Shown here: piece by piece, positions 37,346-45,198 of the stretch
How the letters are laid out: each line of letters begins with the position of its first letter
Numbering within the stretch: the first letter of the stretch is position 1
Sequence record: NC_061421.1
Direction: 5' to 3' (one strand)
DNA length: 64,000 nucleotides
Program-made: the position numbers and the translations under genes
Notes under the pieces: model-generated
The model's input: the letters and a program-made list of their open reading frames with translations, nothing else
The model's database searches: none
What the model was told of the DNA's origin: nothing

Positions 37346-37639
37346 TCAGGATTGACCGTTAATACCAAAACTAGCAGATAGTTCTTTCTCTGCTTGTTCT
37401 AATATTTCTTCCCCTGATTGGCTTTCAGTAACGATTTTGAAAGTTACTGCCCCTTGAGAAAACCCTTCTATATCCACCGTAAAGAAAATCTCGGCGATAT
37501 CTCCTATATATTTTCCCCCGTAATTAATACTTGTAGCCGTATACGTGGCTTCTAGGGATTTTAAAGAAGGTGTAGATGAAGATCCAATTTCATCAATTTT
37601 CTCTTTCGTATAAAATTCTTTGACTACAGTAAAGCTCAT
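37346..37639 (-). CDS. Small tailspike-associated protein (97 aa)
   Basis: Follows spike stop by 11 nt, GAGG RBS; MSFTV.KE..TYTA..F.V..G...F..EQAE..L pattern. Confidence 0.7.
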   Translation of the reverse strand: MSFTVVKEFYTKEKIDEIGSSSTPSLKSLEATYTATSINYGGKYIGDIAEIFFTVDIEGFSQGAVTFKIVTESQSGEEILEQAEKELSASFGINGQS

Positions 37640-37650
37640 CTTCAGTCCTC

Positions 37651-40302
37651 TTATATTTGGGTTATTTCTATCTCGATACCGTAGATATTACCTGCCACTG
37701 GGGTATCGGTGTTTTGAGAAGTACCTCGGTAAAGTGCAGGTGGGATAATAATATCAAAACATTGACCGTTATTAGCTGAGAAATATCCTGCCTGCAGACC
37801 GCTGAATGTTTGCGCGAATATTGTGTTTGTAGTAAAGCTTGACAGCGCCGATAACGTGGTAGTGTAAACGCTATTATTGACCGTAGTTTCAGCTTTGAGC
37901 TTCTCTAGTTCCACTACGGAAGCAACGTAACTTTGTCCCTGAGTACTGACAATATAAGAACGACTGTTAACGTGGTTAGCGCCATTAACTCTTAATTCGA
38001 CTTTAAACGTACTATTGACGGGCAAATTCGAAAATCTTATAATGCCATTGGAGGTTTCGGACGTTGACCCTGACGTTAACTTAGTGCGATAGCATATTCT
38101 AGCGCCCTTCAACTGAATAGGCGCTCTGGCACCGTAGGGAGAGACGCCATAGGTAGATCTTCCATACGTGTAAGTCGAACCGTCACTAGTAGGGTATGCT
38201 AAATTATCCCAAACGTTGTAACTATTAGTTCCGCCTGCAGATGGAACAATAACAGAACCATCGGTATAACCATATTGGTTGTCGTCATTTTCCCAACGAA
38301 CGTCGACTAATGCGTTTGTACTCTCGGTTACGAAAGTCCTTACTAAATCGCCGAAATTACCTTGTTTCACTCCGTCAAATCGAGTATGGACCGTACTCTC
38401 TACAAAACCAGAATATGCTCTGACATAAAAGATTATTTGCGGATCATTAGTATATGTCGTCCCTACCCATCCACCAACGTCAAATGTCGAGGAATACATA
38501 AACGCACGATCGGCACTATTACCACCGCCCAAGACAACTGCGCGACTTGACTTACCGACGGCAGAGCCAAAGTTAAAATAGTATCTCTTAACTGTTGTAC
38601 CGTAGAAACTTTGCCAGGCTGATTTTGAATAAAAGAGAATACCCTGCAAACAATGACGTATGTTTAAGTTATCTGCATAGAAGTTTTCTGTCCAAGAAAT
38701 CTCGTTGCAGACAACGACAGCGGCAGATAAAATGTAACCATGTGCGTGGAAATTAACTAGTTCGTTACCCCAGCCATCGGCGAATCTCGCAAAATGTAAG
38801 GGGTTAACTTTGTCCTCACAAAATGCGTAGATCCCCGAAATCTTACCGGGGTTCCAGCAAGGGGCACCTGCGTTCGTGTTAAAGAATTTTATCCCGTACG
38901 TTTCCCCGCTTGTGGCATATTTGTGATTTATTTTTACCGTGTCCATCCCTGTTCCATCACCACCTCGAATATGTAACGGGTAGTTAGTAACATCGATAGA
39001 AACGCTGCCGTAAAAGGTATACATTGTATTATTTGGCGGGATAATAATAAGAGGTATACCACCATCTCTTGAACATTTAACCGCGTTCTTTAACGGAGTT
39101 GTAATGTCACTACCTTCAGTAACTCCGTACTCTGAAAGATTAATTTCCCTTTTCTCCCTGATTCTCTCCCAGTAATACCCATTCCCAGCCGCGACTGTGC
39201 CTCCGTCATCGGTCCCTGTCCCTATATGCCCAATGAATTGACCCCCGCCCGAAGTACTCCCAGTGTAATACCCCTTCAGGTTTACTTTCTCGCCTTCAAA
39301 ATTAGGTCTTCTGTTTCTGAGATCATCGAAGGAGTTTACGCCGTAGAACCCCTGAACTACTTGCTCCAGGCTTACGCCGTAAGAAGTATTCACTTTGGTA
39401 GCGCCAGTTGTTTGGCCTAGCGTTAAGAGAACCTCAGCCGGCGTCCCTGATACCTGTGCGGTAATAATCGAGCGAGAACCACCGAGTAAGACTTCAACAA
39501 CGTCGTTCGCTTTCAGCGCTTTCGAAAGATTAATTTTCAGCCCGGTGCTGTCTACTTCGTAGTGTTTATTCAGAACTTGTTTTGAGCCGTTGATGTAAAT
39601 GGCAGGAACCGTACTGAACGTCCACGACGGGGTAAGCGATGTTTCCCCGCCCACTGCTGCGCCGTCGTTATATAACCACGTTACGTTGACGTAGTCAGTA
39701 ATCCCGGGTTCCACAGGCGTCACAGGAGTACCTGGGTATGGTCTGACGTAGAAGACAACGAAAGCACCGGCGGTTAATGCGCCTTTTAATTTTACTTTGT
39801 TCGATAACCGATCGAACGTATAGTTCAACCCTTTGAACTGATGTCCGCCATTCAAGAACATCTCTGAGACATCAAAACAGTCGAACGGTAACGCGATCTC
39901 TGTCTCGCCGCCGTTAGCAGAACCGTTGTTATACAGGTAGCTAACGTATGACGTATAGGAGCCGAATTTACCATCAGCCATCATTTTCCCGGTGCCGTAG
40001 ATAACCGGTGTATTGTCTTTATAAAGGGCTGTGGCAGAAGCACCGTTGACGTTAGTAAACGCAGCGACGTAGAATTGGCTCTCGTCGGTATAGACGTAGA
40101 AGATTTCATCTTTGACGGTGGCCGCAATACCTTCTGCGAGGGTTTCGTAAGCGTTTTCAAAGAGAAGGTTAGCGCGAAGATTATTTAGGGTGGTGCGGTA
40201 TGTTTCCTTTTCAGCGCCCGCTACTGCCACTGGCAATAGAGCAGATTCTGGAACAATACCCTTACTCGAAAGTTCGGAAATTTTTCTTGTGTTATTGGCC
40301 AT
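37651..40302 (-). CDS. Hub tailspike: KISEL anchor, two XD-type modules, tailspike N-domain and beta-helix
   Basis: Start moved to MANNTRKISEL (GAGG RBS); YLYNNGSANGGETEI and WLYNDGAAVGGETSL; SFDDLR..P..GEKV.L.GYY.G..GGGQF. Confidence 0.88.
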   Translation of the reverse strand: MANNTRKISELSSKGIVPESALLPVAVAGAEKETYRTTLNNLRANLLFENAYETLAEGIAATVKDEIFYVYTDESQFYVAAFTNVNGASATALYKDNTPVIYGTGKMMADGKFGSYTSYVSYLYNNGSANGGETEIALPFDCFDVSEMFLNGGHQFKGLNYTFDRLSNKVKLKGALTAGAFVVFYVRPYPGTPVTPVEPGITDYVNVTWLYNDGAAVGGETSLTPSWTFSTVPAIYINGSKQVLNKHYEVDSTGLKINLSKALKANDVVEVLLGGSRSIITAQVSGTPAEVLLTLGQTTGATKVNTSYGVSLEQVVQGFYGVNSFDDLRNRRPNFEGEKVNLKGYYTGSTSGGGQFIGHIGTGTDDGGTVAAGNGYYWERIREKREINLSEYGVTEGSDITTPLKNAVKCSRDGGIPLIIIPPNNTMYTFYGSVSIDVTNYPLHIRGGDGTGMDTVKINHKYATSGETYGIKFFNTNAGAPCWNPGKISGIYAFCEDKVNPLHFARFADGWGNELVNFHAHGYILSAAVVVCNEISWTENFYADNLNIRHCLQGILFYSKSAWQSFYGTTVKRYYFNFGSAVGKSSRAVVLGGGNSADRAFMYSSTFDVGGWVGTTYTNDPQIIFYVRAYSGFVESTVHTRFDGVKQGNFGDLVRTFVTESTNALVDVRWENDDNQYGYTDGSVIVPSAGGTNSYNVWDNLAYPTSDGSTYTYGRSTYGVSPYGARAPIQLKGARICYRTKLTSGSTSETSNGIIRFSNLPVNSTFKVELRVNGANHVNSRSYIVSTQGQSYVASVVELEKLKAETTVNNSVYTTTLSALSSFTTNTIFAQTFSGLQAGYFSANNGQCFDIIIPPALYRGTSQNTDTPVAGNIYGIEIEITQI

Positions 40303-40342
40303 TGCAAGAAACCTCATTGTCGGCAATAGGGCTGTAAAAATA

Positions 40343-40354
40343 GTCATAGGAAAA
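40343..40354 (-). promoter_or_regulatory. Putative late promoter (TATG)
   Basis: Minus strand TTTTCCTATGAC; its ATG was mis-picked as the ORF start 40347. Confidence 0.6.
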
Positions 40355-40357
40355 CAA

Positions 40358-40387
40358 ATAGAGAGGGGCCGAAAAGCCCCTCTCTAT
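40358..40387 (-). terminator. Intrinsic terminator hairpin
   Basis: ATAGAGAGGGGC-cgaaaa-GCCCCTCTCTAT. Confidence 0.8.
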
Positions 40388-40469
40388 GATTATTGTTACA
40401 CACGTTATCACAAAGTTGAATTGTAATCAAAGCTTACAATTACCACAAATGTTTTCGCTTCCCTGTAAA

Positions 40470-42698
40470 TTAAATTAAGCTTTTCGCAATAACAGTAGGC
40501 GGCACATTAGCAATAGCTGCTGCAGTTACTGTCGCGGATGCGACGATATCGAGAATACCCGCGCCTGTTGTCGCATCAAACCTGACTACACGGTAAGTTC
40601 CGGTCGCGCCTGCGATGGAAATAAAAGCACCTTCGTAGAGTCCGTTTGGGTTTTGGAAAGTTACTGACCGACTACCACTGGTGGTGGTTACTGTACCGGA
40701 TATTGTATCTAACGTTCCCGAAAGTACAACTCTGTATTCGTTCCAGCGAGTCGCACTAGGCACCGTCGTTCGCACGATACTTCCCTGAATGTGGGTACCG
40801 CTGATAAGACCGGGGGCGCCAGTTAAGTCAGTTACCGTCTTATCTGGTCCGCGATAACCACCGTTATTGGTGCCAAAATAAATACCGCCATCCCCTACGT
40901 TGTTAGCGAAGAAGCTGTCAGGGTGAATAATATTCACGTTCACAAAACGCCCGTCGGTAGAAGTCCCAGTACGGTATTGATAAGGAGCAACGTTGTTAAC
41001 CATGTAGACAATTAAATCTGACATGTTAGCGCGAATCCAGAAGAAAGACCCTGCCGTAAAGCCAGAAAGTACGGATTTATTCCAATTACTTCCTCTATTG
41101 TTTGTCCAGCGCCAACGACCGGCTTTACTTGGAGTATAAGTGATTGTACTAGGGGTGTTATTCACCATTACAGCCCCGGACGAACCTTCGTCAAAATCAT
41201 TATTATCAAGAACAAAGATATTATCTACTTGTTGGAGATTGATCCAGTAACGCGCGTTGGTCGAACCTAATCGTTGATTTTTAAAGGTATTAGAACGAAC
41301 ATAAAGATTACTAATCCTTTGCCCTTCTCCACTAGTTACTTGGTTAATACCGCCGTAACAATTATCTGAAATATTATTTTCAAAATAAATATTATCATAG
41401 GTACAAGTACCTGTGTTCCAAGAACGAATGCGTAATGGACAGGTTTCAATATTACCTTCATTAGTGGAATAAATATTGAAAAACTGATTACCCTGAATAA
41501 CTATGTTTTTGATGTAAGCGCCGTTAGGGGAATTGTCGTCATTTGTCAAATAAACACCTGACTGTATCGAAGTATCGACCAAGTTATTTTTAATAATCAC
41601 ATTTTGCACGTACGTATACAACTTAAACGCGGCCTGTGTGTTTGAAACTTTGTTATCGCTGATCAGAGCATTGTTTACTGGATAATTAGGGTCGAAACTT
41701 CCGCATGAGATTGCGTCATCCCCCACTCGTTCCACTTTATTATTCTGTGCAGTGATGTCGGTTGTGCGATAAAAATGAATTCCATCAGTACCGGCCTTCA
41801 CCGTGTTACCGCCAATATGATCGTGAACGTAACAGTTACGTACAGTGACATTTTTAGAATAATCGAATTGAATACCGTAACCGATAGCATTGGCTTCGTC
41901 AACAAACTCAATCACACCATCGCCAGAGTTAGAAATATACAACGACTTAGGGCCAATTGTCCCAGTGTAACTATTGTAGTTAGGGCGGGTTATTTTAAAA
42001 TGACCAAAGTAGTGTCGGTACTTTGTTACGCTGACTGATTCCGAACCAATCCTAATTCCTTGTCCTAGATGGTTAATTCTGAACTCGGTCAGACTCATAC
42101 CGGCCCCTCTGAAAATGACTCCCTGAGTAGGGACTATGACTGGGGCGTCAAGACGATAGATACCTGGTTTTTGCTGGTAAATGACCTTACCGGAATTGAA
42201 AGCAGCAGTAACAGCGGAGCTACTATCAGTATTCCCGCTAGGGTCCGCACCATATTGTTCCAACGTCGCATATCCCAAAACATCCTCAAGATACCCTTTA
42301 TCTTGCAAAGGAATAATTTTAGTCCCGCCGACCTCACTAACGAGCGCAGCCGATGTTATCTTCCTACTTGTCGGTAATCTTACCTGATTATTGTCATATC
42401 CTAATACTGGGTTAGCAACGCCCGACACATTCTGATATTGCAACACCCACAGTTTTGCAACTGTTTCATAGACGAAGAAGACATCGCCCGACACAGTAGC
42501 ATCTAGTCCAGCGTCTACAGATAAGAAAGCGTTATCAAAGCCCAGAGTTTGGCGAAGATCGTTGATCTTAGTTGCTTTGGTAAATGCGACGCCTGCATCG
42601 GTCTTTGCGTTAATAGGGACGACGTCATTTTCTTTAATGACGCCTGCATCACCTAGTTCAGAAATTTTGATTCCAATGGAATCTGGCAATTTAGGCAT
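40470..42698 (-). CDS. Tailspike: KISEL anchor plus pectate-lyase/GH28-like beta-helix
   Basis: KISEL..FDNAF..FFVY; YGADPSG..DS..A..AA; GTDGIHF, GDDAIS motifs. Confidence 0.88.
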   Translation of the reverse strand: MPKLPDSIGIKISELGDAGVIKENDVVPINAKTDAGVAFTKATKINDLRQTLGFDNAFLSVDAGLDATVSGDVFFVYETVAKLWVLQYQNVSGVANPVLGYDNNQVRLPTSRKITSAALVSEVGGTKIIPLQDKGYLEDVLGYATLEQYGADPSGNTDSSSAVTAAFNSGKVIYQQKPGIYRLDAPVIVPTQGVIFRGAGMSLTEFRINHLGQGIRIGSESVSVTKYRHYFGHFKITRPNYNSYTGTIGPKSLYISNSGDGVIEFVDEANAIGYGIQFDYSKNVTVRNCYVHDHIGGNTVKAGTDGIHFYRTTDITAQNNKVERVGDDAISCGSFDPNYPVNNALISDNKVSNTQAAFKLYTYVQNVIIKNNLVDTSIQSGVYLTNDDNSPNGAYIKNIVIQGNQFFNIYSTNEGNIETCPLRIRSWNTGTCTYDNIYFENNISDNCYGGINQVTSGEGQRISNLYVRSNTFKNQRLGSTNARYWINLQQVDNIFVLDNNDFDEGSSGAVMVNNTPSTITYTPSKAGRWRWTNNRGSNWNKSVLSGFTAGSFFWIRANMSDLIVYMVNNVAPYQYRTGTSTDGRFVNVNIIHPDSFFANNVGDGGIYFGTNNGGYRGPDKTVTDLTGAPGLISGTHIQGSIVRTTVPSATRWNEYRVVLSGTLDTISGTVTTTSGSRSVTFQNPNGLYEGAFISIAGATGTYRVVRFDATTGAGILDIVASATVTAAAIANVPPTVIAKSLI

Positions 42699-42729
42699 TT
42701 TTCCACCCTCAGGGTTAAAAGAAAGTTAA

Positions 42730-42744
42730 TCATACGAAACAAAA
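42730..42744 (-). promoter_or_regulatory. Putative late promoter (TATG)
   Basis: Minus strand TTTTGTTTCGTATGA, identical to 45154-45168 on plus. Confidence 0.65.
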
Positions 42745-42745
42745 C

Positions 42746-42769
42746 TGAGAGGGGCGTAAACCCCTCTCA
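42746..42769. terminator. Hairpin at the divergent junction
   Basis: TGAGAGGGG-cgtaaa-CCCCTCTCA. Confidence 0.7.
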
Positions 42770-42855
42770 ACGTATGTTTAATAATGTTTCACTTGCAATG
42801 ACAGAACAGCGGTTGATAAATCGTGGGAGTATAACCAATCTTAATCACGGTCACG

Positions 42856-42884
42856 ATAGTCAATGCTATGATACGATTGACTAT
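42856..42884 (+). promoter_or_regulatory. TATG motif inside a 9-bp inverted repeat
   Basis: ATAGTCAAT-gcTATGatacg-ATTGACTAT, 38 nt upstream of ATG 42908. Confidence 0.45.
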
Positions 42885-42907
42885 TAGAGACAATATAAGG
42901 TAAAATT

Positions 42908-45121
42908 ATGGCCAGTGAGATCTATGTAAAGCTCAGTGAAATGGATCGCCCATCAAAACCGGTAAACGATTCCGATCTGGTTTTTATTGCACAAAATGAA
43001 TCAGGGGTTGTTGAGTCTAAAGCGGCGGCCATCTCTGATCTGCGCGCGCTTCTTAATTTTGAAAATGCTTACACTACCACCACACTAGGTTTAGCCGATA
43101 CTGAAGCTAACCAAATCTTCTACGTTTTTGTCGATGCAACAAAAACGACAGTAAAATCTTATATTAATCGTAACGGCATCGCGGAGGCTATCCTTAACGC
43201 GGACGGCACTTTAAAAATCAATTACACTCTCGTCGGAATCGACGCTATTCAGAAAGAAATTAATTCCGTTTATTCCACGGGTGGGTCCAATAGCGTCGGT
43301 CATGTAAGAACAGAGATTGAGTCAAATTCAGCTAGTGTGGCAAAAACGCTGAACGGGCTCCCGGTTAACATTTGGGAATTTTCTAATTTAGTGACTAAAA
43401 AAGACAACCCGAATGATCCCTCTACTTGGGACTGGTCGCCAGCTGTAAGCGCAGCTATTGATAAGTGTATTTATCAAAAGCAAATTAATATCTCCAACGC
43501 ACAAAGATATTGTTCAGGTTGGCTCTTCTTCCCACCGGGAAAATATAGATTAGACAGTAAAATTGTCAAAGATTTAAGTTCTATTACGTACGAGACAGGT
43601 AAACCCCGTTTTAGGATTATGGGCCAAGGGGCTTACATTTCTTCTAATGTTAATAAGGATTATTTGTTAACGTTTACTGGTGGTAGATTGGAAATGGACG
43701 GAATAACGTTCATTAAAGAACCGGGTATTTTTGCTTACTACATTAAACTCGGAAGTGAAGTGACTGCTAACTCAATGGCCGTTGGCGGGAGATTCTCTAA
43801 TCTTAACTTCATGTCGCCCACTAAAGCGATAACCTTCGGTCAGTGTTACGATGCAGTATTTGATTGCATCTACATGACTGGGTTTGTTGCAGTTGACGAT
43901 AGCGATACAAATAACCCTGCGACGGGGATTCATATCTTACCTCAAGCCACGGACAACTCCAACAACATCGTGTTCATCAGACCACACATTGAAACGTCGT
44001 ACACTAAAAACTACATAGCTATTAAAGTAGATCCAACTTCTACCTCCAGTACACACCACAACATTAAATTTGAAGGCGGTCATATTGAGACGCACTTCTA
44101 CGGAGCGAAGTGGTTTAGTTTAGGCGGCGGTACTCAGTTTAATTTCGACACTGTAGTTTTTACAGACAACGGGTCAGGTGGTACGGATACTGCGGGCACT
44201 TACGAATTAGGGTACATCAACCAAGGGATTGTTAAATTTACCGGTTGTACTTTCCAAACACTAAGAAAATCTAGTGTTGCGTATGACAGTTCGATTCACA
44301 CTTCAATGATAAGGTTCGGATCTAGCACTAACACTGGTCGAATTTTCGACAGTTGCTATTTCTCATCGGCATTTTCCGAAGTCTCTGGTAACGGCACGAT
44401 CGCTCCGATTTTTGATGTCAGTGCAAGTACCCAGGGTAAAAGAGCGTACCAACTTATTAACTGCGCAATTAATAATTTTACCAGAAGAATATCAAGTGGT
44501 TTAATTCTTAATGATCTTAAAGTTGCGACAAGGAAATATATTGTCGATGTTGATAGTGACAACAATAGCGCCCTATCTATTTACTACACTAACACCGATG
44601 GATCTTTCAATCCAACTACTCCGATCCTTTCGGTGGCGCAAGATGGAACAATAAGTGGCTACCTCATTAAAACTACGGCTTCAATTTCAAGCGGAAATAT
44701 TCTCCAAATTGGGAATAACAATACTACTGCTGGCGATCGAAGACTGGATTTCTACCCGTACGGCAACACTACTTTAGGAGGTAGAATTTTACTTGGTAAC
44801 ACCGGACCGATGACTTTTACTAGTTATTTATCCGGTATGAACTTTGTTGCTAACGGAGGCGCTAGTCAGTTTAATTTCATGGGGTCAGTAGTACCGAATA
44901 GCAACGCGAACTATGACTTTGGTTCCGCAGCGCTTTCGTGGAAGAACGCTTACTTTACCGGGACTATAACTGTCAACGGTAATCCCGTAGGAGTTAAAGT
45001 AGCGGTACCTTCCTCGGCTACTTCGGCGGGTAGCGTTGGTCAATGGGCGGCTGATACAAATTATCTTTACGTTTGCATCGCCACAAATACTTGGGTGCGG
45101 TCAGCATTGACTACCTGGTAA
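42908..45121 (+). CDS. Tailspike: KISEL-type anchor plus beta-helix related to 29902
   Basis: KLSEM..FENAY..FYVF; NIWEF..TWDWSPAVSAAI; HHNIKFEGGHIETH; C-term GQWAADTNYLYVC.ATNTW.R. Confidence 0.88.
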   Translation: MASEIYVKLSEMDRPSKPVNDSDLVFIAQNESGVVESKAAAISDLRALLNFENAYTTTTLGLADTEANQIFYVFVDATKTTVKSYINRNGIAEAILNADGTLKINYTLVGIDAIQKEINSVYSTGGSNSVGHVRTEIESNSASVAKTLNGLPVNIWEFSNLVTKKDNPNDPSTWDWSPAVSAAIDKCIYQKQINISNAQRYCSGWLFFPPGKYRLDSKIVKDLSSITYETGKPRFRIMGQGAYISSNVNKDYLLTFTGGRLEMDGITFIKEPGIFAYYIKLGSEVTANSMAVGGRFSNLNFMSPTKAITFGQCYDAVFDCIYMTGFVAVDDSDTNNPATGIHILPQATDNSNNIVFIRPHIETSYTKNYIAIKVDPTSTSSTHHNIKFEGGHIETHFYGAKWFSLGGGTQFNFDTVVFTDNGSGGTDTAGTYELGYINQGIVKFTGCTFQTLRKSSVAYDSSIHTSMIRFGSSTNTGRIFDSCYFSSAFSEVSGNGTIAPIFDVSASTQGKRAYQLINCAINNFTRRISSGLILNDLKVATRKYIVDVDSDNNSALSIYYTNTDGSFNPTTPILSVAQDGTISGYLIKTTASISSGNILQIGNNNTTAGDRRLDFYPYGNTTLGGRILLGNTGPMTFTSYLSGMNFVANGGASQFNFMGSVVPNSNANYDFGSAALSWKNAYFTGTITVNGNPVGVKVAVPSSATSAGSVGQWAADTNYLYVCIATNTWVRSALTTW

Positions 45122-45124
45122 CTC

Positions 45125-45154
45125 ATAGAGGAGGGCGAAATCGCCCTCCTCTAT
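45125..45154 (+). terminator. Intrinsic terminator hairpin
   Basis: ATAGAGGAGGGCGA-aa-TCGCCCTCCTCTAT then TTTGTTT. Confidence 0.85.
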
Positions 45155-45169
45155 TTTGTTTCGTATGAC
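45154..45169 (+). promoter_or_regulatory. Putative late promoter (TATG)
   Basis: TTTTGTTTCGTATGAC, 32 nt upstream of ATG. Confidence 0.65.
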
Positions 45170-45198
45170 CATTTTCAAATAATAACCGGAGCCAGATA

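Noticed and set aside
40302-40347. ORF-track start at 40347 (MTIFT...)
   Set aside because: That ATG is the TATG promoter motif; the RBS and KISEL homology place the start at 40302.
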